A DNA stretch of 63,809 nucleotides, counting the filler, from Basidiobolus ranarum (taxonomy: Eukaryota), in assembly GCA_040143965.1 (NCBI GenBank). It is 37 parts of 37 records of this genome, joined end to end, with 100 filler letters (N's around TTAATTAATTAA, not from the genome) between each part and the next. Parts side by side here need not be neighbours in the genome. Positions count along the whole stretch, not along the records: positions 36,345 to 37,970 come from JASJQH010004681.1; positions 38,071 to 39,696 come from JASJQH010004682.1; positions 39,797 to 41,421 come from JASJQH010004683.1; positions 41,522 to 43,146 come from JASJQH010004684.1; positions 43,247 to 44,871 come from JASJQH010004685.1; positions 44,972 to 46,595 come from JASJQH010004686.1; positions 46,696 to 48,318 come from JASJQH010004687.1; positions 48,419 to 50,041 come from JASJQH010004688.1; 29 more parts are not named here. One strand, written 5' to 3'. Every line of letters starts with the position of its first letter. The first letter of the stretch is position 1. A program made the position numbers and the translations under genes. Of the stretch, positions 37,424-50,361 are shown piece by piece. The notes under the pieces are model-generated. The model was given only the letters and a program-made list of their open reading frames with translations. It did no database searches and had not been told where the DNA came from.

Positions 37424-37970
37424 TGTTGAAATTAGTATTCCCTAAACACTTGTATAGTCATATATAGCTTAGGACTTGGTAATCTTATATTTTGCTACGA
37501 TATTACCCATTATTCTCAATTGGAATTTACTTAGGATATTGCCACCAACTCAGAACTTCTCGGATTTATAGATATTGATAACTTGTGCTAGAAGCCCCAA
37601 ACTTTGCACATATGTTCCTGGAACCTTCTATAAAACATTCTATACTTTAGTTTGCTTAAATCTTTGCAAAACTATTGATGTCTACTTTCTACTCAATAAA
37701 CCAATAAGTGAAAACCACCAATTTCTCCAATTCTCCAAACCACTTCCAACAGGCTCCCAAATACTCTAACAGGTTATGAGCCTCAAGCTTGCACTCTCTG
37801 TAATGTCTACTTCTCAAATTTATGGAACTTCCCCCTCTTCTGAAAAATTGGATGGAACCAATTATCAAGTTTGGAAAATTAAAATGAAAATGCTACTACA
37901 AGAAAAGGACTTTGGAACACTGTTGTAGGAGAAGAAAACAATACAAAACAATCTAAAGCCAAAGTTTTAC
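37424..37970 (+). mobile_element. Ty1/copia 5' end: LTR-A (37424-37771), PBS, gag with ATG at 37803
   Basis: Same structure as the copy starting at 16277. Confidence 0.9.
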
Positions 37971-38070
37971 NNNNNNNNNNNNNNNNNNNNNNNNNNNNNN
38001 NNNNNNNNNNNNNNTTAATTAATTAANNNNNNNNNNNNNNNNNNNNNNNNNNNNNNNNNNNNNNNNNNNN

Positions 38071-39696
38071 AATCTATTCGGTTTAATTGGGTCTTTGTGC
38101 CAAACGATATTTGAATCTTAAACACTATATGCACTGACAATTGAATTTCGGTAATAGCCACAAGATGGATGTCCTGTAAGGAAGAAACCCTAACCCTATA
38201 TGCTATTGAAGGATGTAAATATATGAACCCTAACCCCAAGGCATTTCTAAAAACCACCGCTTCCTAAGGCAATACAATTTATTTTGAATGTTAGCTATAA
38301 CTTTGAGAACCTGGTAGAGGTTAACATATGCGAAGGCTTCTTTCGAAGAGCAGGTGGGTGGGTACAGGTATGAAAATATTGCACTCTTTGGATCAGATAT
38401 AGCATTTAAGTGGTCCAATGTTGAGGATTCGTTTAGCTATTTTCTCTCAGAGCACCGAGTAATCCAGACAATCACTCGAAGCACTGTATAGTCCAAACAA
38501 TCATATACACTTAATCTGCTGCAAGTTTTAGCTATGTTCCATCTTGAGTTATAGGCACTAGGCGATATACTGCGAGGAGGCTTTAATTGATCTATTAGAT
38601 AAAGCTAGTGAGGTGATTAACCGGTCCGAGAAACGCTCGACAAGATGCTAGCACCACCGCGCTCTCATAAACCAGCTGAATTGTCTTGATAACGAAGTAA
38701 GCACTCAGAATGACGGCTATATACACAATTCACTGCTTCTTTACTCATAACATCTAGCTTCGTGCACAAATTCGTTTAGTTTATTATGTTAATAAGCTAT
38801 GATCCACAAAAAATACAATTTCACTAACAGAGCCACCTCATCCATGGTGACCCAGCTAATCCAGTTGGATGACCCCCCTACTAGCTTGATCAGCACAGAT
38901 TGGTTAGCAAGGGTGAAAAATACTTAACAATAATGCCATTGGAGAGAATGTCAATATACATTTCTGAATTCTTCAATAGGGACCTATAATGCTCAATCGT
39001 CTTGCTCAAAATTGTCACTTCACATATAAGAGCCATACAATCCAAACAGTTCACTACTGTATCTTTCATATACATTGATTCACATCCATCTTGAGACACT
39101 GAGTGTGAATTATCACATGGAATGGTGAATAGTACTGATGAGAGTGGCGAAGGTAATAAGACTTGATGTCTCGACTTTCCCTTAGAATTGAGGATTCGGC
39201 CCTCACTTTAGAGTATGGACCTGATATGCGTTGAATCAGAAGTAGATCTGGTTGATCTTGCTCAAAATATGTTTGCTCTATTTAGGTGTAAACCAAACAT
39301 TGATCAGGATTAGAGTTAATGTGGCTGTTGCTTTATTATGTTGTGCTCCATTGGTTACCCATATATCATGGAAAAGTGCATGTGAATTTATGTGGAAATT
39401 TAAACGTTTGACATATAGAATTGAGTACTACTAAAGCGACAATAAAACTGAGATCCGAATAGAGATTGACATATGCCAAGGTTTCTCTCAAGGTGCAAGT
39501 AGGTGAGGTCAGGTATGAAAGTAACTCACAATTAGGATCATATATAACCATTAAATGGTCCAATGTTGATGATTTGTGTTGCTACTTCCTCTCGGAGTAC
39601 TGCCTAATCCAAGTAATCATGAGTTGTAAGTTTTAGGCTAACTAGTTCGGCAACTCCAATTTGGTTACTGTTGGCACATTAGAAATTGAATAATCT
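38071..39696 (-). pseudogene. Two diverged paralogous segments of an unidentified decayed gene
   Basis: About 38290-38480 and 39435-39625 are similar: DHLNAISDP...SYLYPPTC...AYVNLY versus DHLMVIYDP...SYLTSPTC...AYVNLY. Confidence 0.4.
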
Positions 39697-39939
39697 NNNN
39701 NNNNNNNNNNNNNNNNNNNNNNNNNNNNNNNNNNNNNNNNTTAATTAATTAANNNNNNNNNNNNNNNNNNNNNNNNNNNNNNNNNNNNNNNNNNNNCTTA
39801 ATCGCTCGATTACTATACAAGGCTAGTAAAACTTATAACCGAGATTTCTACCTTATTTCACGCCAATAATGGAATTCTATGATTCAACAAAAGATAATCT
39901 GGAAATTTGGAAATCCAGAAATCTGGGAATTTGGGAATG

Positions 39940-41108
39940 CAAAAAATCAATGTACATTGATTAAAGAATCATCAGAAATCAACAGATGCTGCCTCAGACC
40001 ATGCCACTTTCCTTAAGGACATCCTTAAACAATTAGTAACCAAGTTGGAGCATGCTCAATCCTAATACAAGAACTCTGCTGATAAGAAAAGAAAGCCAAG
40101 CCCAGATCTCAAGCCAGGAGATTATGTTTGGCTACTCTAGAAAAATATCAAAACCACTAGACCTTGTGATAAACTTGATCATACAAGACTAGGACCTTTT
40201 AAGATTATTAAGCAAATCAATTCAGTAGCCTTCTGCCTTGAACTCCCAGCCCATTTCAAAGTCCACAATATATTCCATGTGTCTCTCTTAGAGCCACATG
40301 CCAGAAACACCTTCCAGGGCCAATTCATTGACCCACCCCCAGTAATCAAATGGGAAAAACATCCTAAATATGAAGTTAGCAAAAACCTAGATTCCAGAAT
40401 TTATCAACATAAGTTGCAATATTTAGTGGACTGGAAGGGATACTCAACAAATGATTAATCATGGGAGCCAGCAACAAATCTTTCCAATTCCAAGGAACTT
40501 TGCCAGAAGTTTCATGAAGCCTACCCCAAAAAACCTAGCCCTATGATGTCGAGAAGCCATCACTAAAGAAGGGGATACTGTCATGATTCTGATCTCAGCA
40601 TACCAATTTGCTGCAAATACAACTCCTCTATTATTAGATTGTGACATCATATCTGCTGTGCCATCCCTTCTTGGTAATCTTGTGTTAGTTCATCCAGATT
40701 ACCTTATATGGAAGTCATGTTCTTTGGAGCATTCTATGGCACCTAACCAATCATGTCATACCACACATAGTGTATTTCCACCAAGACCTTCCATGGAAGG
40801 TCACCTGATCATCTTTATATCATCCCTTTTTGTATTGGTCCTTGTAGTCCCCAACACCCCAACACTTGAACTTGCCACAGTATATTCCCCATTAAGTACA
40901 CTATGTTTCACCTTACAATATCTATATAAGCCGCATGTATTCCTTGATCAGACCTCAGTCTGTTCAATGCCAGTTATCAATAAAGATTCTTTCCAAAGTA
41001 TCTTCCTTGTCTAGTCTTGTCTTGTCTTGTGGTCTACACCCAAGTACTCTCCTGCCATCTAGCCTCCTGTAATTGTTCCCAGTCCTTGTCCAGATCATTA
41101 TTGTGAAA
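39940..41108 (+). mobile_element. Chromoviral gypsy 3' end: integrase GPF and chromodomain, PPT, LTR-F (40579-41108)
   Basis: LGPFKII...HNIFHVSLLEP and YEV...QYLVDWKGY...SWEP motifs. AAAGAAGGGGATAC precedes TGTCA. Confidence 0.9.
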
Positions 41109-41113
41109 ACTTA

Positions 41114-41388
41114 TGTTAGTGTGCTTTTAGTTATTTTATTCATAAGAGTATATGGTGACTTATATAGTAGAAAAGTAAATCAATTATTTGAGATATTCAG
41201 GAGTTTGTGTAATAAGATATAATAGATCAGTGGGGGTAATAGGACATACTTGTTATATGGATATAGAGATATTCCTATTTAGAACATAGGGGCTATAAGT
41301 ATGTTGCTTTTTGTTTCTGATATATGTATCATAACTAAAGTTAACTATGATGTTGAATAAAGATTAATTATCCAACACCTTCCCTTAA
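41114..41388 (-). repeat. LTR-H with PPT-like TTAAGGGAAGG on the minus strand; also at 58751-58860
   Basis: TGTTAG...ATCCAACA followed by CCTTCCCTTAA. Confidence 0.7.
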
Positions 41389-41521
41389 TTCTTATTCAGC
41401 ATTGTGCTTATATTCACTAATNNNNNNNNNNNNNNNNNNNNNNNNNNNNNNNNNNNNNNNNNNNNTTAATTAATTAANNNNNNNNNNNNNNNNNNNNNNN
41501 NNNNNNNNNNNNNNNNNNNNN

Positions 41522-43146
41522 GAGCCTGTTGGAAGTGGTTTGCAGAATTAGAGGAATTGGTGGTTTTCACTTATTGATTTATTGAGTAGAAAGTTGACAT
41601 TTATAGTTTTGTCAGGATGTAAACAAACTAACATGTAGAATATGTTAAGGAAGGTCCCAGGAGCATGTGTGCAAAGTTTGGGGCTTCTAGCACAAGTTTG
41701 AAAAATCTATATATCTGAGAACTTTGGTGAATTATAAGATAACTAAGTACTAAGCTGTATATGACTATATAGGTGCTTAGGCAATGCTAATTTCAACAAA
41801 ATTAACACTGGGGTTGTGTTGGGATTTTTAGCTAAAGAAATACATCTGAACAGAAATAAAATCAATTTAATCCAGATCAGATCCACCCTTCTAAATTGCA
41901 AAACCATCAGAGAACTGTCATAATATTGGTGGCTTGCATTCTGCAAGGGATTTTGATGGTGTGATGGCAGTTTCTTGATGGTACTGTGATGGTATTCATT
42001 CATGTTAAAATATTGATCCTCATATTTAGCATGTGTTAGTCATTTCCAGCATTTTTGCAATATATATTTTCTGAATGGCAAATTACTGGGCTTACTGCTG
42101 GAGGAATTTGAATTAATATGCATGCCTTTATTTACATATTTCAGGCTTTGTATTCCAGCCATAATGAGAATCAAAAAATACAAGAATCTGGTTGTGTTTA
42201 GTCTCTATATATGCATGTACTTAACTGATCAGACATAACTCAACAACATCAATATGCTTTACCAGCAAACTAACAGTGGAAAAGTTGCTAAACATCTGAA
42301 ATTTTGAATAGCACTGACACTTGGCAAATAGTTGACTCTTGCTACCATTTGCAATGAGCATAAGCTCTTGGATTTTGGCAAACTTCCATAAATAATTCAG
42401 CCAATATATCCCCAACTTGCAGCCAACAAATGTCTTGCCACAAGTAGATGTGTCATTGCTCAAATAGATTACCCCATAGCTTAAACAATAATACTGCATA
42501 TCTTGATCTATCTCACCAACAAGTATGTCTTCAGCTTTCTTAGAAATACCACCAGATTATTACACAAACAAATTAGTCCAAATTATAGAGGTACTCACTC
42601 TGTGTCCATGGATTGGGCTTTGTTGCTAGTATTTTGCTCAAACACTGCAAAACCTGTGAGCACATTGAAAAGAGCCCTTTGTTGGAAGGTTAATATACTC
42701 TGCAGTTGTCACAATAAGGGACTGGACAAGGACTGGAAACAACAGCAAGAGGCTAGAAGGCAGGAGAGTAATTGGGTGTAGACCACAAGATAAGACAAGA
42801 CAAGACTGGACAAGGAAGATACTTTGGCAAGAATCTTTATTTATAACTGGCATTGATCAGACCTCAGTCTGATCAAGAAAAACATGGGGCTTTTATAGAT
42901 ATTGCAGGGTGAAACATAATATACCCCAACAGAAATTTGAGGATTGTTATTGTAGGAAAACCATCACAATTTTAATCCATTTGGGATTGACCGTTTACTT
43001 ACTGTCATAAAATTGTCAAGTTAGATTTGATTTTGATCAATTTTTTCAGTTTCAGGAGTGAAATTTCAAGATCTCGCAAAATAGTTGCAAATGATTGGCT
43101 AAGATCTCAGAGAACTATGGATCAACACATGTGCAAAAAACGTAAC
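41522..43146. mobile_element. Nest of LTR-A (41522-41798), CACTA 3' region (about 41845-42706), LTR-F (42707-42923) and CACTA left end (42924-43146)
   Basis: Each piece matches copies elsewhere in the window. Confidence 0.8.
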
Positions 43147-43711
43147 NNNNNNNNNNNNNNNNNNNNNNNNNNNNNNNNNNNNNNNNNNNNTTAATTAATT
43201 AANNNNNNNNNNNNNNNNNNNNNNNNNNNNNNNNNNNNNNNNNNNNCTTCTGTGGCAGATTTACAATCTTTAAGGGTTAAATACTAAGAATAGTATTCAG
43301 TGTTGATTGGCTATGTATGGCCAACTTGATAAAAAATGGTTATATGCCCAGCAATAGTGAGCAATAATCGATACATTAGAAATATACACCAAGTTGTTTG
43401 AAGTAGTTGGTGAACACATTCTCCTTGTTGAGATTTCAACAACAGTACATGACAGTTTATCACTACTATAACAAAATACTACATGATAGATTTTTACATA
43501 GCTAGCTATTAGCAATATTGTGCCCATCTTTCAAACAGAAATCTTCCCAATCTACAATAAAGCTTTTTTATTATTATTCCTCTATATAACAAATTAAATC
43601 AAGCAATGCCAAATATTTGAAAATACAACAATTTTAGATATATTAGGCACTTACTGCAGACCTTCAGGAATACATAGACTATATACTCCAAAATTTTGTA
43701 CTAGAGGGTAG

Positions 43712-44871
43712 GGTAAGGGGGATGAAAAGCACCAGATGGTGTGGACTTAATTTAGCTTAAATACTAATCTAAACAAAGTAACAATCAAGACATCAATCTT
43801 TTAAGATATTGTGTCAATACTGGATCATATCCATGCTTAACTTGATGACCAATATAATCAAGTTCAGAGGATGTAAATATGGTTTTGAGACACAAAGGTT
43901 GTGAGCAGAAACTTAGGTACTCAGTATAAGCTAGATGGGCAACAGGACAAGAACCTGGAATAATGGGTTGGAGGGATGAAAAGCCCCATAAGGTGTGGAC
44001 TTTATTTAGCTTAAATATTAATCTAAACAAAGAGACCATCAAGACATCAATCTTTTAAGATAGTGTGACAATATTGGATCATATCTGTACTCAACTTGAT
44101 GACCAACATAATCTAGTTCCAAGGATGTAAATATAGTGTTAAGGGGCAGAGGTGGTAGGCAGAAAGGAGGGTACTCAATATAAACTAGATGGCAAATAGG
44201 ACAAGAACCTGGAATAATGGGAATCAAGAAAGGTGTCTTAGAGGCTAGGCATTGCTTCCAAAGGTCTAGCTGGCAGTCCATAGCTATAAGTTTAGGCTGT
44301 TTTGTTTCATGCAGCTGTAAAGCTGAGGGTTGGGGGGGGCAGTCACCAACAGGTGAAATTTTTATTTCAAACAAAACAAAGAAGCCATAATTACTTTTGT
44401 AGTTTCTTAATCAAAGTGTGAAGTTCTGGAATATTGGTGTGAATGTTGCAAAGTAGAAAAGTTAAGTCAGTAGAGTCTAAGACAGTATTGAGTGAAGTGG
44501 GAGGGTTAGGAGGACAAAAAGCACCAGATGGTGTGGAGTTTATTTAGCTTAAATACTAATCTAAACAAAGTGACAATCAAGACATCAATCTTTTAAGATA
44601 TTGTGATAATACTGGATCATATCCATACTTAACCTTATGACCAATATAATCAAGTTCAGAGAATGTAAATATAGTGTTAAGGGGCAATGGTGGTAAGCAG
44701 AAAGGAAGGTACTTAGTACAAACCATATGGCCAATAGGTTAGGGGGATGAAAAGCACCAGATGGTGTGGACTTTATTTAGCTTAAATACTAATCTAAACA
44801 AAGTGACAATCAAGACATCAATCTTTTAAGATATTGTGACAATACTGGATCATATCCATACTTAACCTGAT
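43712..44871. repeat. Head-to-tail array of four LTR-C copies starting near 43712, 43966, 44503 and 44737; only 43966-44484 is full length
   Basis: Repeated GATGAAAAGCACCAGATGGTGTGGAC head. Confidence 0.85.
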
Positions 44872-45145
44872 NNNNNNNNNNNNNNNNNNNNNNNNNNNNN
44901 NNNNNNNNNNNNNNNTTAATTAATTAANNNNNNNNNNNNNNNNNNNNNNNNNNNNNNNNNNNNNNNNNNNNATTGATTGAAATCATGTATGAGACTAGAT
45001 GGAGGGAGCAGCATGTTGCTGCAGCTCAAGTACAGCATTCTGATGGTCTTGTATCATTGTTGAGTGACTCTCCAACTGTTGACTAGTTGCTTCCAACCAC
45101 CGTATTTGTGGCATCATTGCTTGTCATGGCTTTGATTTGAGTCAT

Positions 45146-46595
45146 TTTAGATCAAATTGGATGAAATATTGATTAATTTCACATTGGGTTCCATTGGTGT
45201 TGATAGAGGCTTGCTATTTTCCATGTTGAAGCATTTTAGGGTGCCTAGGTTGTATCTAGACTTCTTCAGCATGATTTTCTGATTGGGTTTAGCACTCTTA
45301 ATTTTAATTCCAAGAAAATAAGCTAATTCACCCATATCAGTCATCTGGAATTGGTTGGATAAGCTGCTTTTTGTCTGATTAAGATTTTCTAATTCATTTG
45401 TGGCTATGATCAAGTCATCCACATATATTCTTAAGATAAGGTTTCTATTTCTGGTTGTTTTGACGTAAATACTGAGATCTGCTGTCATTTTTGGAATTTA
45501 AGTGATTCCAAATAGACATCCATCTTGTTGTACCATGCCCTGGGGGCTTGCATGAGTCCATATAGCATTTTATGCTGTTTACAGACCATATCAGGTTGTT
45601 TTGGGTCAGCAAATCCATTTGGTTGCTCCATAAAGATCTCTTCTTATAGATTTCCATTTAGAAAGGCTGTTTTTACATCCATTTGATGTATATCAAGGTT
45701 ATGGATGGTTGCAAGTACCAGGATTGAGCTAATGGAGCTAAACTCAGCTACTATAGCTAAAGTTTCATTAAAACCAATTCCTGGAGTCTGGGAATTGCCT
45801 TTTGCAACCAATCTTGCTTGGTACCTTTCTATGGTTACATCAGCTTGGTGTTTTGCTTTGCAGACCCATTTGCAACCTATTGGCTTTCTTCCAGATGGTA
45901 AAGAACTTAAAACCCATGTGGTATTGTCCTAAAGTGAAGAAAACACTTCAGACATTGCTTTTTCCCAGAATTTTGATTCTAGACACTCCAGTGCTTGATC
46001 TAGAGTTTGTAGCTTGTCACAGAATGCTGTAAAATCATATTCATCATCATTGGAAGTGTTCCACCAGCTTCCAGGCTTATTTCTTCCTCTGGATGACCTT
46101 CTGGGTCCTGAATCATCCTCTGATGTAATTGGGACTGGAATTTTGGTTGAGGAGGGCTCAGAAACAGCTAGAATTTTGTAAGACACTTCCTGAATAGTGC
46201 TGTGTGTGCTTTTGGGATCAAGAACTGGGATTTGAGGTGAAAAATTTGCTTCTTTATCATAAATCACATCTCTGCTTTTAATCAACTTCCAATTTTTAGT
46301 GTCAAACAGCCTGTAGGCCTTAGATCCAGCACATTGACCAAGTAATATGCATCTTCTGCTTTTGGGTTCTAATTTAGAGCATTTTGAGCTAGAATTAGGC
46401 AATATGCTGTGCAACCAAAGATACTGAGATGATGCACACTTGGCTTCAATTCATATAGTGCTTGAAATGGAGTAGAATCTTGTAGCAATCTTTTTGGGCA
46501 TCTGCTTTTGATAAAGACTGCAGTGGAGACAGATTCAGCCCAATATTTGTAATCAAACTTTTGATAATGTAGCATTGATATTGCCATCGCCACTG
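45146..46595 (-). pseudogene. Ty1/copia integrase and RT; a CACTA ORF2 piece lies at 44972-45130
   Basis: YWAESV, KAYRLFD, IGCKWV and YVDDLII motifs. Confidence 0.9.
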
Positions 46596-46695
46596 NNNNN
46601 NNNNNNNNNNNNNNNNNNNNNNNNNNNNNNNNNNNNNNNTTAATTAATTAANNNNNNNNNNNNNNNNNNNNNNNNNNNNNNNNNNNNNNNNNNNN

Positions 46696-48318
46696 GGAAA
46701 TTTCAAACTCGTCCAAATTGCCCCAAAGATAGCTCATTTTACTCCTACAGATGTTCTGAACACAACCCCAGTGTTAGTTCTCTGTATTTCCACCAAAATG
46801 TATAAACGCTTTGTTTCTGAACAATAAACAATTATCTTACAAAAGCTATTCACAACTCCACTTCTCTAAAGTTCCTCCAAACAGCCCATATTTTCCCAAT
46901 ACAACTCACATTGGCAGATCACAGGCTGATACAGCAATGGTGTAGAGATTTTGTAATTGGATACAAAAATTTTATCATAGATTTAAGGAAGATAGACTGA
47001 ATCTATGCCAGTATTCAATATATTCCCTGTTGCCTCTTTCACAATGCTTAGAGATTATAGGCCCCTACTATACATTCTGGAGTTCCCAATGAAGCACACC
47101 TGTGGTGAAATGATGCTCCATGTGAAATCATCAGTATTAACATATACTAATCTGTTTAAAATGTCTCAGCAAAATCAGTGATGCATGTAATGCAATAGGT
47201 TAAGCTGACTCTAGATAATACCAACATTCCAACAAAGGGCTCCTTTCAATGTGCTCACAGTTTTCACATTGTGTGAGCACAATAACAGCACCAAAAGCCA
47301 ATATATGGACACTGAGTGGGTACCTCTATAATCTGAACTAGTTTGTATGTGTAATAATTCTTGTTATGCACCAACATACAAAGTTGTTTAACTTGCACCA
47401 TATCTATACCACTTGCATGAATATCTGTTTAGTTTATCATCAATGCAAACTAGTCACCTAACCTTATCCAGTGACTCTGTCATGCAACTTATCACATAAT
47501 TAAATATCTATTCTTTTATCTCTTCCAACAGATCATATGACCAATCACATGAACATTATCCAATCACTATTAACCTCTGAGTCATCTTCCTAGACCCAAT
47601 TCAACATGATTTGCAAAATGCTCAACCAATGATCTTTCACTGCCAAGACTTCAGCTGATACATGACTCACATATCTATCCATCTATCTATCTATCCAAAC
47701 ACATTGTCTTTTATCCATATTGGTCATCTATTATCTTGGTGCTGACTAATTTACTTTGAAATCAAAAAGTATAAATAAAGCTAATTGAACCTTATAGTTT
47801 AGTGTGTGTCTCAACAAATTTAGGATCTCAACACTTCCCAGTGTGTCTTCACAAATTCAGTATTCCTCTCACAATTCTATTCAAGCCTAGTATCCACTAG
47901 CCTCTGCAGAACATCAAGCCTAGCTGCCTAGCAAACCTACTCTCCACTGTAACATAACAACCCATTGCTATTCCCAAGACATATATTAGTTAGATCTGTT
48001 CTGCCAATATGTCTTGCTTAAACAGTTCTAAGATTCTGCACTTAACTGTTTCTTTGGTTCAGTAAAGTTCAAGACTTTTTATCCACTTTTCTCTTGGACA
48101 TAACAATATTTCAGTACTTTTAGGAAAGCAGCAAGACAGACTTCTCAATGAGATAGATTGAGATACTCAATATTATTGTTTTAGCCATGGGGTAATCTAT
48201 TCAAGCAATGACACATGTACTTGTGACAGGAAAATTGTTGACTGCAAGTTGGGGATATTATGGCTAAATTCTTTACAGAAATTTGCCGAAATCCAAGAGC
48301 TAATTCTGATTGTGAATG
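46696..48318 (+). mobile_element. LTR-B end (46696-46898) and CACTA transposase C-terminal region interrupted by an LTR-like insert (47362-48105, TGTTATG...CATAACA)
   Basis: EFPMKHTCGEM motif. Inverted TG...CA termini, with CATAACA ending at both 47959 and 48105. Confidence 0.65.
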
Positions 48319-48418
48319 NNNNNNNNNNNNNNNNNNNNNNNNNNNNNNNNNNNNNNNNNNNNTTAATTAATTAANNNNNNNNNNNNNNNNNNNNNNNNNN
48401 NNNNNNNNNNNNNNNNNN

Positions 48419-50041
48419 TGAGAGCTCTAGACTTAAGACACTATGAATAAAGCTTTCATTATCTTTTGAATGTGCAATAATGTCTAAAAGTACTTTTCTT
48501 AAACATACCACATAAGTAAAATATACTGTGTCCAAAATGGTAAATAACATCGTGCCGGATAGTGCCCAATCATGCCAATTTGTGCTGGCACACTTTTTAG
48601 CTGGCCTGATCTGGCTCAATAAAATGGAACAAGTCTATTTGTTTGAAATATATATCAGTATGGAACTTGTAAAACCCAATTTTTGACTTTATCAATGTTG
48701 GGAAGCTCCATGATCACTATACTTATTCCTACAGCCTTGCCAAGAGCTTATTGATTTGGCAAATATAGATAAAATATCCTCTTTGGCTCAAACTTGCTAT
48801 GCATGCTCTGATTTATCATTTTAGGGTAGTATCCTAATTTTTGGTCTTTTAACTGATATCCTGGTTTGTTACAACAGTATCTTAAGACTGGGCTCCCTTT
48901 TTGTAACCTCTCTACTTGCCAAAGCTAACATTTCCAGCTCCAAAAAGAGACACTTCATTAGATTGTCTTTTCCATCTGACTTCAGAGTTCTTGATCCATT
49001 AGTGTTGCCATCATAAACCTCAAAGTCAACTTGTTGGTTCTTTCTTCCAATTCTGTAACTAGGTTGGAATACTGCTCTGGCTGACTACTTACAAGGGTCA
49101 TTTTGATATCTTCTTCCTATTACCAACACTTTTGCATTCAGATCTTTTGATGATAATTATTCTTAATTCAGATGAATGCTGACAAATCAATAGACTTGTT
49201 CCATTGGACCAGGTCAGATTTTGCTGCTTGATCAAGCCTGCTAGTACACCATCTGGCGCAATCTGTCAATTACCATGAATGGGTCCTATAACACTCAATT
49301 GGACACTCTAAGGAACAATATGGCACTATCCCATCACAATCGGACATGATGATTTTATTGGAGTTATTGTGCCAGCCCATACCAAGTTACCCAATTTAGT
49401 ATTGCCAAATTACAATTTTGGGTAACTGACAAAGTAAGTTTATCCCCTAGTTTGTAACTTAGGAATTACTGAATGCGTAACAATAAGCAATTTATACTGT
49501 AACTTACCAAATCAAATGTATAACCAAGACATTCACATGTTTTTAGGCCAATCATTTGTCCCTCACTAACACAGTATCCTGAATTACAACTGGGCACAAC
49601 AGCTCCTGCATTACAAAACACCAGTAGTTTTGGCACATCGGTGACAAATCACAGCACTCAAGGATGGATCAATCTGCAGTATGATAGCAGTGATCAGGAT
49701 TGCTTGAATCATTATTTTTAGATCAGCAAATTATTTATTCAATCATGTAAGCTTCTAATTGGGTGAAAATGTGAATGGATTGAGCCATATTGAGCCAATA
49801 TGGCGGCGCAAGCTTTTTATTGACAGACATTTTTCATTTGATTGTAGTGAAATTGCTTGTATTAATAGGCTATCATTGATTTTTTTGATATATGACAATT
49901 TCACGCTATCAGTGTTTCATAAACACATAGGCAATCATGATCTAACTAAAGCAATTTATGCTATATTTAACTGCAATCCATATCAATTTTGCATGATGCA
50001 CTAAACAGTAAAGATAGGATAATGTAAGTATTAACAAGAGT
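48419..50041. mobile_element. Two PHIS-family ends back to back (48419-48636 and 49192-50041) flanking a copia gag remnant
   Basis: AACAAGTCT followed by ATT, and AAT followed by AGACTTGTT. Confidence 0.72.
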
Positions 50042-50361
50042 NNNNNNNNNNNNNNNNNNNNNNNNNNNNNNNNNNNNNNNNNNNNTTAATTAATTAANNN
50101 NNNNNNNNNNNNNNNNNNNNNNNNNNNNNNNNNNNNNNNNNTTGTATACTATGTTTCATCCTGCAATATCTACATAAGCTTCATGTTTTCCTTGATCAGA
50201 CTAAGGTCTGAGCAATGCCAGTTATCAATAAAGATTCTTGCCAAAGTATCTTCACTGTCCAGTCTTGTCTTGTCATGCCTTGTGATCTACACCCAAGTAC
50301 TCTCCTGCCTTCTAGCCTCTTGTTGTTGTTCTCAGTCCTTGTCCAGTTCCTTATTGTGACA

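Noticed and set aside
38187-38237. CCCTAA hexamers as a telomere
   Set aside because: Only one or two isolated internal units.
40583-41014. 143-aa ORF and its paralogs (3416-3766, 42638-42853)
   Set aside because: They lie wholly within LTR-F and show no protein motif, so they are probably chance frames.
49191-49206. TAGACTTG terminus as a hAT element
   Set aside because: The transposase remnant is DDE_Tnp_4-type and all flanks fit AWT followed by AG.
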